NCBI GenBank assembly: GCA_964388155.1
Contig: CAYLYH010000001.1
Span: 60,331 to 124,330 of the forward strand
Direction of reading: 5' to 3'
Length of the DNA stretch: 64,000 bases
DNA from: an uncultured bacterium
GTDB lineage: Bacteria > Fidelibacterota > Marinisomatia > Marinisomatales > JACNKV01
Of this stretch, positions 21,317 to 32,035 are shown piece after piece (the stretch's first letter is position 1; each line of letters opens with the position of its first letter). Position numbers and translations under genes: made by a program. Under the pieces are notes generated by a model. It ran no database searches and had not been told where the DNA came from. It was given only the letters and a program-made list of their open reading frames with translations.

Positions 21317-22600
21317 TTATCGTTGTCTCCGTTTTACGAACCATAAATCACCAATACTTAATCCCACATTAATGTATTGAATTATTTCATTTTCAAAATA
21401 TAAGCCATCTCTTACTGTAAGAGAATAGCCAAAATCAACTTGATTTTTCATAGGACCAAATTGTATGCCTATGCCAAATGAAATGCCCTTTTCATTAATC
21501 CATTCTTCTGATGATGAGATTTGAAAACGTTTCATTGACAGACCAAATCTGTATTCAAAAATATCTTTGCTACTTCGTGACAGGTGAGGAGTGAATTTAC
21601 TTAAGCCGATATTCCAATGGTCAGAAGATTGGATTCTTTCTCCAATGATGGAAAAATCCTCCGCTTTATTTGAATTATCCTGCCAATGCTGCCACTCTGT
21701 CTGAAAACTTACTGATTTGTGTTTAATGTCCAAACCAACATGAAATTCCGTAGGTGAAAGGACATCTTCGAAATTATTTTCGACTGGAGAAGGAATTAAA
21801 CTCGGAGACGGGAAATCCCACGAATCGTAATTTCCTAAATCAGAGGCGTAGGTGGTTGTTGCATCTTCAAATGGATGGTAAATATGTTGTTCGAGCGAAA
21901 TAGGAGATAACGCAGAAGAAAAGGACAAATAAGCACCCACGTCGTATTGTTTAAACTTTAGTCGCTGACTATGTAAATATACATGAAACAATACACCGTC
22001 GTAAATATCCCGCTCTTTTTGGATGTAATCTAATTCATTAACGCGAAGTGTTTTTACTCCACGGGATGACCCAAATAAATATTCCAGAGAAACTGCCATT
22101 CTTTCATGCTTTGTCAAGGGGAAAGAGAGCGCAGCTGACAGCGAATTAATACCGCCATATCCGGAAATAGTTTTCTGATATGAAAGTGTGTCTTGAAATA
22201 TAGAGTCAATACGTACTGTCTCAGGTCCTTGTAAAAGGAAATACCTGTCTAAATACGGTGCAACGGTTAATCCAAATGCATAGGTATTTTTCATAGGGAC
22301 GATCAGCTGAAACTTTCCGACACCTGTAATTTCGTTTTCTATTGCGGGGGTTTCAATCTTGGAGTGGTTTACTTTGTATCCCAAGGAAATATATGCATAA
22401 GAAAGTTTATTCCATGTTACCGGATTTGTTAAGGAAACTCCCTCTCTGAAAGAAGGCAATAATCCGGCTGAAGATGTTCCCAAGGATGCTGGGTCTGATA
22501 TCCCAACCCGGTTTCCTATGCCATAGGTGTTTATCATTGACTGACCAAAAACAACTGTCAATAATACAATGCTTGTAATTAGTCTATTTCGTAACCACAT
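21317..22600 (-). CDS. Hypothetical outer-membrane beta-barrel protein
   Basis: 427 aa with a signal peptide and an alternating amphipathic beta-strand pattern throughout. It is 1 nt from the downstream TPR gene. Confidence 0.45.
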   Translation of the reverse strand: MWLRNRLITSIVLLTVVFGQSMINTYGIGNRVGISDPASLGTSSAGLLPSFREGVSLTNPVTWNKLSYAYISLGYKVNHSKIETPAIENEITGVGKFQLIVPMKNTYAFGLTVAPYLDRYFLLQGPETVRIDSIFQDTLSYQKTISGYGGINSLSAALSFPLTKHERMAVSLEYLFGSSRGVKTLRVNELDYIQKERDIYDGVLFHVYLHSQRLKFKQYDVGAYLSFSSALSPISLEQHIYHPFEDATTTYASDLGNYDSWDFPSPSLIPSPVENNFEDVLSPTEFHVGLDIKHKSVSFQTEWQHWQDNSNKAEDFSIIGERIQSSDHWNIGLSKFTPHLSRSSKDIFEYRFGLSMKRFQISSSEEWINEKGISFGIGIQFGPMKNQVDFGYSLTVRDGLYFENEIIQYINVGLSIGDLWFVKRRQR

Positions 22601-23804
22601 ATCGCACCTTTATATAGGGATGAAACGTATCGTCATTGATAAATGTTTGGGTAATAAACGGGTTATTTTCAGCAGAACTTGATAACTGTAGCTCATATCG
22701 TGATAATTGTCCAAGATGAAGATATGCAATAAAATTCCTAAGGTTTAGAATGACATAATTGTCCGTTGTGTCAGTCAGTGCAGAGATTGCACCAATAAAC
22801 TCAAGGTTTGTCGTGTCCATAACTTCTGCCGAAAACAGGTTCATATCTACTGAATCTTTTAACGGATAGGATAAAACTTTATAGCCGGCGTTTTCAAACT
22901 CATCTCCATCTCGTTGCAAGTATAAATCTGCATCTTTAAAAACAATAGAATCAGAGAATGTATCCAGCGTATCCAAATTGAATTTTAGAATTGATTTTAA
23001 CCCTTTTGCTCGTCCGATAGAGAACCTTCCTTCATTTTCTACCCAATCACCCGGATTAACAATTGTTAGTTTTTCAATCGTAGAAAACGCCGTGGTTAAT
23101 GTATCTGTCCAAGTTGAGTCAGTATTCTCACTTATTCGGAAATAATGCACTTCCATATTTGGTGCATTAAATGCTACCATACTCTCCATCATCTCATCGC
23201 CGATTATTTTAAATGTAAATGAATTAAGGCGATTTGTGTCTAATATAAACTCTTGAAATATCTCAGTTACATCAAACTGGAATGACGAATTCTCTAAGGT
23301 GTCTGTAACAATTGTGACAAATCCGGAGGATGTTGTCTGTAAGCTATTATCTATACTAAAAAAGGAGGATTCACTTTGCGAAAATATGTTGGTGTCAGCA
23401 TCGCTGGAATAATAAAATAGTTCAGGAGGAGTTATCGTGTCTTCCTGGGAAACCAAGCCCAAAGTGAAATAAACTGTATCAATGGAAAAGACAGACATTG
23501 TCAAGCTATCAGCCGAATAAAGTGTATCCAGAAAAAATTCAGCCTCAACGGGTGTAATTTCTACCAAAGAATAAATATCAGAATAACCTTCTTGACTTCC
23601 GTAGTATAATTCACTCACCCCACCCATTTCCGGTGAAGAGCGGTATGACCGAAAATAACTGGTAGAGTCAGGATCTAATCGAAATGACATAATCGTTCCG
23701 ACGATAGAGTCATCCGGAGACGGTTCCGGATCTCTGCTACATCCGATAAAGATGCTAAGAATTGCGAGCCACAGAAAGTGGTTTATAAAATGTGTATGTT
23801 TCAT
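22584..23804 (-). CDS. Hypothetical lipoprotein (DUF4270-like by context)
   Basis: 406 aa with a lipoprotein signal (SIFIGCS) and Ser/Thr/Asp-rich sequence. Its position directly downstream of a short glycogen-synthase-like gene mirrors the pairing I recall from Bacteroidota. Confidence 0.4.
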   Translation of the reverse strand: MKHTHFINHFLWLAILSIFIGCSRDPEPSPDDSIVGTIMSFRLDPDSTSYFRSYRSSPEMGGVSELYYGSQEGYSDIYSLVEITPVEAEFFLDTLYSADSLTMSVFSIDTVYFTLGLVSQEDTITPPELFYYSSDADTNIFSQSESSFFSIDNSLQTTSSGFVTIVTDTLENSSFQFDVTEIFQEFILDTNRLNSFTFKIIGDEMMESMVAFNAPNMEVHYFRISENTDSTWTDTLTTAFSTIEKLTIVNPGDWVENEGRFSIGRAKGLKSILKFNLDTLDTFSDSIVFKDADLYLQRDGDEFENAGYKVLSYPLKDSVDMNLFSAEVMDTTNLEFIGAISALTDTTDNYVILNLRNFIAYLHLGQLSRYELQLSSSAENNPFITQTFINDDTFHPYIKVRYVVTK

Positions 23805-23828
23805 GAAAGATGGTCTGTGTACGTTCGA

Positions 23829-24653
23829 TTAGTCAGAAAGTTTCTGAAGAGTTGCTTCTAAGTCTATGGCAACTGCGTCATAATCGGGAGATTCATCATC
23901 CCATTCAATCACGGTCACTTTATCCTTGTTTTCTTTAACCCCTTCTAATTTAAGGAGGTCTTCTGATACCTTATTATTAGGGGTATCAAAAACAATCACT
24001 TGATCAGCGAAAAACGATGCTGCTTCATGACAATTGACAGTATCATCCTTGAAAAAGTCAGGGAGTTTTACTCCTGCCAAATCAAAGGATTTTCTGCTAA
24101 ATATATCATAATCACCCAAAGAATGTACTACATGTACAGTTTTTATCCCTTGATAAAATTCTTTATCACGGTACAATTGTTGATAAACGATGGGGATAAA
24201 TGATGTCTGCCACCCACAGCCCAACATGATGTCCGGACTCCAAAATAAGTGAGGCAGCGTCGCAAGAGCAGCACTTCCATAGAATGAATATCTCATGTCA
24301 TTGTCGCTAAGAATCCGTCCATTTTTTGACTTATATAATAAATTTGTTAAGGGTTTAAACCAATTAACATCTTCAAGGAAATACACCTGAACTCTTGTCT
24401 TTGGAATAAAAGCACTCTTGGCAGAGGTTATAATTTCTTCTTCATTGTAAATAAATGGTATTTCTCTTAGGCGAATCACTTCTCGTAAAATATATTTTCG
24501 TTCGCTTACGAAACCATATTTTGGCAACATTGTGCGAATGTCATGACCTTTTCCTTGGAGGGATAAAGGAACTTTTACTGAAAAGTCACCTAATGAAGTT
24601 GTACTTGCAAATGGAGATATTTCCGTTGTTATGTAAAATATTTTTAACGCCAT
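23829..24653 (-). CDS. Short glycogen/starch synthase-like protein (N-terminal GT5 domain only)
   Basis: 274 aa. The N-terminus MALKIFYITTEISPFASTTSLGDFSVKVPLSLQGKGHDIRTMLPKYG matches the GlgA N-terminal pattern (E..P..K.GGL.DV...LP..L...GH.V....P.Y). The C-terminal GT1 half is absent. Confidence 0.6.
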   Translation of the reverse strand: MALKIFYITTEISPFASTTSLGDFSVKVPLSLQGKGHDIRTMLPKYGFVSERKYILREVIRLREIPFIYNEEEIITSAKSAFIPKTRVQVYFLEDVNWFKPLTNLLYKSKNGRILSDNDMRYSFYGSAALATLPHLFWSPDIMLGCGWQTSFIPIVYQQLYRDKEFYQGIKTVHVVHSLGDYDIFSRKSFDLAGVKLPDFFKDDTVNCHEAASFFADQVIVFDTPNNKVSEDLLKLEGVKENKDKVTVIEWDDESPDYDAVAIDLEATLQKLSD

Positions 24654-24661
24654 AAATTAGT

Positions 24662-25477
24662 CTACTCTATGTTTAATTGTTTTAAAGTTTCTTTTGCTTT
24701 TTCGTAATATTCGCTTCCGGGGAAATAATCTACCAATCGTTGATATTCCTCACGAGCTTTCTCAAAATTACCCATACTTTGATGAGCCAGTCCCAGTTTT
24801 AACTGAGCATCATCATCTTTGTCTGTCCCGGGAAAAGTGAACACTTTCTCAAACTCTTTTACTGCATGTTTATAATTTTTCAGCGAATAATAGCATTCCG
24901 CTAACCAATATTGACTATTATCTGCCAACTCATTCATCGGATCGTTTATAACTAACTTGGAGAATCCGGTAATGGCTTCCTCATAGCCTCCATTTTGATA
25001 GTAGCTTAAACTCTCAATATATTTCTTTTTATATTCTGCCGGGCTAATTTTAGCGGGGTGAGAGGGTGAAGTCTTGCTGGATTTCAAACTATACATCTCC
25101 GTAAAACTACTCGTCAAGGTGACAATTTTATTCTCAATCATGACAAGCTGAGCTAGTAATTCAAAATTTGTACTGTCAACATAAGCAGCTTTATCTTCTA
25201 AGTGACTTATTTTGTTTTGCAAAGTATTAATACGATTAATCAACATAATTGCCACGGAATCCGTTTGTTGTTTAGCATTGACTGTAGCCCGAAGTGTGTT
25301 TCTGAGATCCGGTAGCAAAATGCGAATTTCTGTTTCTAGCGAATCAATTCTTACTTTTTCGCGATTTATCTTTGCATTTAATCTTTTTAATTCCCGTGAG
25401 GTACTATTTTGGGCAAAGCAAATACCGCCAAGAATTACAAATATCAGAATATTTTTAAACATACGTATTTTATTCAT
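24662..25477 (-). CDS. Coiled-coil + TPR periplasmic protein (CpoB/YbgF-like)
   Basis: 271 aa with a signal peptide, an N-terminal coiled coil and C-terminal TPR repeats (YY..G.Y..A...F). It ends in TAG. Confidence 0.5.
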   Translation of the reverse strand: MNKIRMFKNILIFVILGGICFAQNSTSRELKRLNAKINREKVRIDSLETEIRILLPDLRNTLRATVNAKQQTDSVAIMLINRINTLQNKISHLEDKAAYVDSTNFELLAQLVMIENKIVTLTSSFTEMYSLKSSKTSPSHPAKISPAEYKKKYIESLSYYQNGGYEEAITGFSKLVINDPMNELADNSQYWLAECYYSLKNYKHAVKEFEKVFTFPGTDKDDDAQLKLGLAHQSMGNFEKAREEYQRLVDYFPGSEYYEKAKETLKQLNIE

Positions 25478-25559
25478 AATGACCTTTTTAGCAATTTCAT
25501 GCGTTTTTGAATGACCTAAATTTACCGCTACTGTAGTGTATCTCCAATAGGTTTCCCTC

Positions 25560-26786
25560 TCAACTACGAGATGAATTTCCGATATTTAATATCAGACCTA
25601 TCATCATGTAACATGAAACCAAAAAAGATCCCCCTGCAGAAATGAACGGCAGAGGTAGTCCTTTCACCGGAATCAATCCAACTGTCATTGCAGAATTTAC
25701 AAATACATGAGACAAAAGTATTGTCGAAACACCAACCAACACTAAAGAGAAATATCTGTCATTTGAGTCATAAGCCATTTTGAGAATTTTTAAAATGATA
25801 TATGCAAAACAAAGAAAAATAACCATGATAGAGATAAACCCAAGTTCTTCTCCAATCACAGAAAGAATAAAATCAGATTCCTGAATCGGTAGAAACTTTA
25901 AGTGAGTTTGTGTCCCCATCCCCCAACCTTTTCCTATAAACCCACCGGAACCGATTGCTGTCTTACTCTGAATTATTTGATAGGCTGCTCCCAGAGGGTC
26001 TAGGTCAGGTTTGAATAACGTCAATATTCTATTTTGCTGATACGACCGCAAACTATTCCATATGACAGGCCACAGTAACCCTAAAAATATATTCGTGAAA
26101 AACAAACTCAATCCGAGTAATAACCTCGATCGAGAAAAAAAGATTACACTCGCCAATATGACAGCCCAAATTGTAAATGGAATTGTATGAAATGCCGTTA
26201 TAATACTTAGTAAGGGAGCGACAATTATAAACAAGTGAAAAGGTCGTGAGCCTGCCCAATACAACATCGTCATTACAGGTACAATCATGATAACTGCAGA
26301 CCCCAGATCAGGTTGCTTCAAAACAATCGCCGTAGGGATTAGTGCTATCCCAAATGGAATCACAACTGAGGTTATCCGTCTCATTTCAATATTATGATCT
26401 GATAAATACCGTGCCAGAGCTAGGATTAAAATCCACTTGGCGAATTCTGACGGTTGAAATCCAATCCCACCAATATTTATCCATCGATACGTCCCTGCAA
26501 TATGTGAACCAAGATAAGGGATGGCAACTCCAATCACTGCGAAAACATAAAGGGCATAACTGTAATTATGGATGATATGTCGTGGAATAAACAATATCAA
26601 GAGGAATCCAATTATCGATGGAATAATGAATATGAGTTGTTTCGAAAAAGCAGAATGAAAGAAATCACCCCCCTGATGTTGTGAGACGCTGTACAATGAG
26701 AATAATCCGATTGCAGTCAATACAATCACAACCGCAGGGATTTTATAACTTAATTCGGAGATTTTGTTATTGGTGTTGAAAAACAT
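25560..26786 (-). CDS. rodA: Peptidoglycan glycosyltransferase RodA (SEDS family)
   Basis: 408 aa with ~10 TM helices and SEDS motifs (GFQPSEFAK, SDFILSVIGEELGF, PLPFISAGGS). It lies directly downstream of mrdA. Confidence 0.85.
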   Translation of the reverse strand: MFFNTNNKISELSYKIPAVVIVLTAIGLFSLYSVSQHQGGDFFHSAFSKQLIFIIPSIIGFLLILFIPRHIIHNYSYALYVFAVIGVAIPYLGSHIAGTYRWINIGGIGFQPSEFAKWILILALARYLSDHNIEMRRITSVVIPFGIALIPTAIVLKQPDLGSAVIMIVPVMTMLYWAGSRPFHLFIIVAPLLSIITAFHTIPFTIWAVILASVIFFSRSRLLLGLSLFFTNIFLGLLWPVIWNSLRSYQQNRILTLFKPDLDPLGAAYQIIQSKTAIGSGGFIGKGWGMGTQTHLKFLPIQESDFILSVIGEELGFISIMVIFLCFAYIILKILKMAYDSNDRYFSLVLVGVSTILLSHVFVNSAMTVGLIPVKGLPLPFISAGGSFLVSCYMMIGLILNIGNSSRS

Positions 26787-26788
26787 AA

Positions 26789-28570
26789 TTAATAATCGGA
26801 ATATGACATTGCAATATTTGAGGTACTTTTATTAAAATGAGAACTGAATACTTCTCGAGCAATAGGTGCAGCAGTTTCTCCTCCATGTCCTCCATTTTCA
26901 ATCAGTATCACCATGGAGATGATATCATTCTCCTTCTTACCAAAGCCGACGAACCAGGCATGAGGTTCACCATGCGGATTTTCTGCAGTTCCAGTTTTCC
27001 CTGAAATAATTACATTTTTTATATTTGGATTAGCCGCTTTCCCTGTGCCTTTATTATCATAAACCACCGCGGTTAAATATCTCTCTATTTTTTTCCATGT
27101 TTTTGATGAAAATGCCGGTCTGTGAGAAGGCTTCTCTGATTTTTTCTGTACAAGATGTAGGAGATTTGCATTTCCGTGAGTAGCAATCTGATTGATATAA
27201 TGAAGCATTTGTAAAGGAGTTACTAAGACATCACCTTGTCCGATGGTCAAATTAAGCATAGCACCTTTTGACCACCCCCATCGTCCGTATCGGTTATTCA
27301 TATAGTCCTTTGTTGGTACCACCCCAGTTTTTTCAATTGGTAGGTCAATCCCTGTTTTCTTGCCAAAACCAAATTGTTTGCAAGTCTCAGACCACTCCGT
27401 CAACGTTAATCTCTGAACAACTTTATAAAAGTATATATTGCACGATTGCGCAATCGCTTTTCTGAGATCCACTTCTCCGTGTCCATTTTCATTCCAGCAT
27501 CGAAAGGTCCGGTCTCCATAAAAATAACTTCCTGTACACGTAGTGGCCCATTTAGGATCAATAAGTTTCTTGTCCAGCAAACTCAATGCAGTAATCATTT
27601 TTAACGTTGACCCCGGTGGATATAAACCGGAACTGACCCTGTCGACCAACGGTCTCCCAGGATTGTTAAGGATATTACTCCATGTCTCTGAAGATACCGA
27701 ACCCGTGAATAGATCCGGTGCGTGAGACGGGGAGCTAACATAAGATAAAATATCTCCATTCTTTGGATTAGAAACGATGGCAACTCCTTGATAATTACTC
27801 ATTAATCCTTCCAATAGCAATTGCAACTTGGCATCAATAGTTAATTTAAGATTGTTCCCTGGCTTTGGTGGAATATCTTTGTACTCATCAACGTTCCCAA
27901 CTTCCCTTCCAAATGCATCAACTTCAATATATTTTACCCCTTTTTCTCCCCTTAATTCTGGTTCATATTCTTTTTCCAACCCATGCCAACCAATAAGATC
28001 CCCAAGTTCGTATTGTTTCTTATCACTAATTTTTCCACGGATGTTTTGATTTACTTCGTTAACATATCCTAAAAAATGTGTTCCGGAAATCTGTGTTGGG
28101 TAATATCGTTCAGGGAATTGTGTTATTTGAATCCCGTGAAGTTCCGATTTATGTTCCTCCAGAACGCTTATGTGTTGGAATGATAAATCTTTGGCAAGGC
28201 GAGTTGGTGAGAATCTATTTCGATAATATTTTGAATAGTTTTGCCTTAAGAAGAGCGAGTCAAGTCCGGTTAATTTGGATATTAGTTTGATTAGTGCGTT
28301 TTTATCTTCTATTTCGATGGGAATGCATGAAAGAACATATGTTGGATAATTATCAACTAATATTTTACCATTTCTATCGATAATTAATCCTCTTGGCGCA
28401 TTCCTCGTCACAGCTTTAATGCGATTTGCTTCTGCTTTTGTCTGATATGTGTTATGCTGATAAACTTGTATTTGAAAAAATCTACTGATCAATGTAATAA
28501 AAGCAATAACAACAACGATAGTAAAGATAATTAAACGTTGCTTGGGAATAACGTTTTTAGTTTTTAGCAT
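26789..28570 (-). CDS. mrdA: Penicillin-binding protein 2 (elongasome transpeptidase)
   Basis: 593 aa with an N-terminal TM anchor, a PBP dimerisation domain and transpeptidase motifs STLK (GSTLKMIT), SCN (AQSCNIY) and KTGT (SGKTGTAE). Confidence 0.9.
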   Translation of the reverse strand: MLKTKNVIPKQRLIIFTIVVVIAFITLISRFFQIQVYQHNTYQTKAEANRIKAVTRNAPRGLIIDRNGKILVDNYPTYVLSCIPIEIEDKNALIKLISKLTGLDSLFLRQNYSKYYRNRFSPTRLAKDLSFQHISVLEEHKSELHGIQITQFPERYYPTQISGTHFLGYVNEVNQNIRGKISDKKQYELGDLIGWHGLEKEYEPELRGEKGVKYIEVDAFGREVGNVDEYKDIPPKPGNNLKLTIDAKLQLLLEGLMSNYQGVAIVSNPKNGDILSYVSSPSHAPDLFTGSVSSETWSNILNNPGRPLVDRVSSGLYPPGSTLKMITALSLLDKKLIDPKWATTCTGSYFYGDRTFRCWNENGHGEVDLRKAIAQSCNIYFYKVVQRLTLTEWSETCKQFGFGKKTGIDLPIEKTGVVPTKDYMNNRYGRWGWSKGAMLNLTIGQGDVLVTPLQMLHYINQIATHGNANLLHLVQKKSEKPSHRPAFSSKTWKKIERYLTAVVYDNKGTGKAANPNIKNVIISGKTGTAENPHGEPHAWFVGFGKKENDIISMVILIENGGHGGETAAPIAREVFSSHFNKSTSNIAMSYSDY

Positions 28571-29047
28571 TTATTCGTCCCGGATAAAAGGAAAGATATA
28601 TTGCAGTATCCAAATAAATCCGAGAGTATATGCTGATACTAATAAGTATTGTTGTATCCACGATAATAAATCGATATTAAACAACACTTGGTATTGTATG
28701 TACGAAAATATTAAAAAGTGAATGAGGACAATTCCTATCCAAGTAAGATGAAAATAAGCCGGTATCATTTGCTCATATCTTTTGGATAAGAATCCGGCAA
28801 GATAACCGGACAGCACGTATGTCAATGGTGAAAGTCCAAATGATGTTCCCATACCCGCAAAGTCAGAAAATAATCCAAGGATAAACCCCATTATTATTCC
28901 GATAAAACTTCCCCTTGCTACACTCATGTATAAAATAAATATCAGTAAAAAATCCGGACGTATGCCACGAATAGACAGCAATTCCACTAAAAACAACTGG
29001 AGAAAGAATACTCCAATTGCCGGCAAAAGAATATTCGTCCATTTCAT
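28571..29047 (-). CDS. mreD: Rod shape-determining protein MreD
   Basis: 158 aa hydrophobic protein located between mreC and mrdA. Confidence 0.7.
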   Translation of the reverse strand: MKWTNILLPAIGVFFLQLFLVELLSIRGIRPDFLLIFILYMSVARGSFIGIIMGFILGLFSDFAGMGTSFGLSPLTYVLSGYLAGFLSKRYEQMIPAYFHLTWIGIVLIHFLIFSYIQYQVLFNIDLLSWIQQYLLVSAYTLGFIWILQYIFPFIRDE

Positions 29048-29835
29048 TTTATTTGCTCTGTAATAATAAAAACATTAATTAAGGAGGAAAGATCGTCATA
29101 AATCTTAGCTGAAACAATTTTTTGAAAACTCCCTCTTTCATCAAAAATTCCCACAACTTCACCAACAGGTAGTTTACTCGGGAATATATCGCTAAAGCCT
29201 GAAGTGACAATTTTGTCACCCACGCGGATATTGGCGTTTTTCTGAACGTCATTTACAACACAATACTTATCCTCAGTCCAACGCAAAATACCCGTAGCAC
29301 CACTGGGGTAAATACGGACGCTTAATCTAAAATTGGCATCATTTAACAGCTGAACAATTGAAGATTGATTGCTGGCGATGAGAACTTTTCCAACGACGCC
29401 GGAGGATGTAATAACCGGATTGTATTTTTTAATCCCGGAGCGTGTCCCAACATCAATCGCCATAGACATAATTCCGGGAGCAATACCTTTATTAATGACT
29501 TTTGCAGGGACTAATGTTAACTGACTCTCACGTTTAAATTGAAGCAGGTGTTCCAGCCTTTGGTTCTCTTTTGCTAAATGTACCATCGATTCAATCTGGA
29601 GAGACAATTGTAAGTTCTTTTCTCTTAATAAAGCATTTTCTTCTTCTAGTAATACTGCATTATTCATCCACGCGATAGGTGAGTATAAAAATGAGAATGT
29701 ATCAATGGCCTTTTCTCTGAGTAGTATGATTTTCTCGGAGTCTTCTGTGAATAGCAAATTAAGAGAAAGACTTATAAAAATTAAAAAAGCAATATGATGC
29801 TTGTTTCGTAGCAGTGTGAGAGGCAAGTTCCTCAT
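29044..29835 (-). CDS. mreC: Rod shape-determining protein MreC
   Basis: 263 aa with an N-terminal TM helix, a coiled coil (LLREKNLQLSLQIE) and beta-rich domains (VVGKV..., PVGEVV). Confidence 0.85.
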   Translation of the reverse strand: MRNLPLTLLRNKHHIAFLIFISLSLNLLFTEDSEKIILLREKAIDTFSFLYSPIAWMNNAVLLEEENALLREKNLQLSLQIESMVHLAKENQRLEHLLQFKRESQLTLVPAKVINKGIAPGIMSMAIDVGTRSGIKKYNPVITSSGVVGKVLIASNQSSIVQLLNDANFRLSVRIYPSGATGILRWTEDKYCVVNDVQKNANIRVGDKIVTSGFSDIFPSKLPVGEVVGIFDERGSFQKIVSAKIYDDLSSLINVFIITEQIK

Positions 29836-29839
29836 CGTG

Positions 29840-30868
29840 TTACATCAACACCGCCTCGTACTTTTTCACATCTTCGAGAACCATACCTGTCCCGCGAACG
29901 ACAGATAATAATGGTTCCTCCGAAACATTCACAGGCACCTGAGTTCGTTCCCGGATAACCTGATCGATTCCTTTTAATAAGCTACCGCCGCCCGTCATGA
30001 TAATCCCTCGGTCTAAAATATCAGCTGCCAGTTCCGGTGGTGTTTTTTCTAATGCTTGTTTTACTGCTTCAACAATCGCATTGACCGGATCTTTTAATGC
30101 TTGGCGAATTTCATCAGATGATACTTCAATCGTTTTAGGAATGCCTGAAACCAAATCTTTTCCTTTAACGGAAACTGTTTCAGCATTCATTCTCATCGCG
30201 GACCCTACGGCTATTTTAATCGCTTCACTGGTAGGGAGTCCTATTTCTAATTTGTGTTCATTGCGAAACCAATGTGTTACCGCTTCATCCATTTCATCAC
30301 CGGCAATACGTATGGCTTCCTTTGTCACAACACCATTGAGTGCAATTACAGCTATTTCGGTCGTTCCGCCACCAATATCTACAATAATATTTCCTATGGG
30401 TTTACTGATGTCCAGACCGATTCCGATTGCAGCAGCAACCGGTTCTTCAATGAGATAAACTTCGCGGGCATTCGCACGTTCACCGGAATCTTTAACCGCT
30501 CGACGCTCAACTTCTGTCACGCCGGACGGTACACAAATCACCATCCTTGGACGTGCTAATCGATTTAAGTTTATTTTCCGAATAAATCCCTGAAGCATAC
30601 CGTCCGTCATATTGAAATCGGCAATGACCCCGTCTTGGAGTGGTCGTATTGTCTCTAAATGCCGATGGGTTTTTCCTACCATATATTTTGCTTCATTTCC
30701 GACGGCAACAATTTTTCCGTCATGCACAGATCGGGCAACAATTGACGGTTCATCGATAATGACTCCTTTTCCTTTAAGCCAAATCAATGTATTGGCGGTG
30801 CCTAAGTCTATGGCAACATCGCCGGAAATCCAGTTAAATGTATCTAATGCTGAGTTAAACAGTCCCAT
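29840..30868 (-). CDS. mreB: Rod shape-determining protein MreB
   Basis: 342 aa actin-like ATPase (DLGTANTLIW, VICVPSGVTEVERRAV, DIGGGTTEIAVI, IIMTGGGSLLKGID). Confidence 0.95.
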   Translation of the reverse strand: MGLFNSALDTFNWISGDVAIDLGTANTLIWLKGKGVIIDEPSIVARSVHDGKIVAVGNEAKYMVGKTHRHLETIRPLQDGVIADFNMTDGMLQGFIRKINLNRLARPRMVICVPSGVTEVERRAVKDSGERANAREVYLIEEPVAAAIGIGLDISKPIGNIIVDIGGGTTEIAVIALNGVVTKEAIRIAGDEMDEAVTHWFRNEHKLEIGLPTSEAIKIAVGSAMRMNAETVSVKGKDLVSGIPKTIEVSSDEIRQALKDPVNAIVEAVKQALEKTPPELAADILDRGIIMTGGGSLLKGIDQVIRERTQVPVNVSEEPLLSVVRGTGMVLEDVKKYEAVLM

Positions 30869-30970
30869 GGGTCTTTATTTCGAAGTTAATGTGAAAAATA
30901 CGTGTCATAAAATTTAAGAATATTCATCTATCAAACCACCATGTTTATATGATTCATTTTCAGTATAATT

Positions 30971-32035
30971 CTATTCAATTTCAATGCGGCTTTGATCCCC
31001 AACCATTATCCGGTGGGTTACAGGTTTCTTCTGTGTCCGGCGAATGGCCACGTCATTCCCCAAAAGAGAAGCTTCAATCCTCCTTTGGATATCTTCAATC
31101 GTACAACCATTCATCAAAATAGAAAATTCCAATTCACTGTTTTTTATAACGCAATCTTTTCCGATGGATGTATTTGGCCCGACATAACTATTTTCAATCT
31201 TCGTATTTTCTCCAAGGATAACCGGACCGCGTATGGTAGAATTAATAACCTTAGAGTTTCCTCCAAATTGAACTCTGCCGGAAATAGTTGAATGTTCATC
31301 CACGATTCCGAGTTTCTTGTGTTTGATAGAATCCAATACTAAACGATTAGCTTCCAACAAATCAGATGGTTTTCCGGTATCTTTCCACCAACCGGTGATT
31401 TCTGAATAACTCACAGAATATCCTTTATTTAACAGATATTGATGTGCATCAGATATTTCCAATTCTCCTCTTGCGGACGGTTCAATGTTATTTACTGCCT
31501 TAAAAATCATGGAGTCATAAATATAAATTCCTGTCACAGCGAGGTTACTTTTAGGTTGTGCCGGTTTTTCTTCGATGCTGACGATTCTCCCATCTTTTAT
31601 CTCAGCTACTCCAAAACGGTTTGGGTCGGGGACTTTGCTTAACACCAGATGACAATTTGTTCCATTTTTATTAAAATCATCAATAAAATGTTTGATTCCA
31701 CCCACAAGAATATTATCCCCAAGATAAAAAACAAATGGATCATCACCGATAAAATCCTGAGATATTTTTACAACGTGCGCCAACCCGAGAGGAGCGTCTT
31801 GTGGAATATATGTGATTTTCAACCCAAATTTGTTTCCATCCCCAAATACGTTTTGTATGGTTGTATCTCCGGCATTGATGATTATACCCACTTCCCTGAT
31901 ACCGGCTTCACTTGCATACTCCAGAGCATATTCCAACATCATTTTATTTGCGATGGGAATTAAATGTTTATTTTGTGTATGCGTAATTGGACGTAACCGT
32001 GTCCCATGACCCCCTGCAGTAATTAACGCTTTCAT
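30971..32035 (-). CDS. Glucose-1-phosphate thymidylyltransferase, long form (sugar nucleotidyltransferase + left-handed beta-helix)
   Basis: 354 aa with the N-terminal GGHGTRLRPIT motif, a nucleotidyltransferase fold and C-terminal hexapeptide-like repeats. It ends in TAG. Confidence 0.8.
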   Translation of the reverse strand: MKALITAGGHGTRLRPITHTQNKHLIPIANKMMLEYALEYASEAGIREVGIIINAGDTTIQNVFGDGNKFGLKITYIPQDAPLGLAHVVKISQDFIGDDPFVFYLGDNILVGGIKHFIDDFNKNGTNCHLVLSKVPDPNRFGVAEIKDGRIVSIEEKPAQPKSNLAVTGIYIYDSMIFKAVNNIEPSARGELEISDAHQYLLNKGYSVSYSEITGWWKDTGKPSDLLEANRLVLDSIKHKKLGIVDEHSTISGRVQFGGNSKVINSTIRGPVILGENTKIENSYVGPNTSIGKDCVIKNSELEFSILMNGCTIEDIQRRIEASLLGNDVAIRRTQKKPVTHRIMVGDQSRIEIE

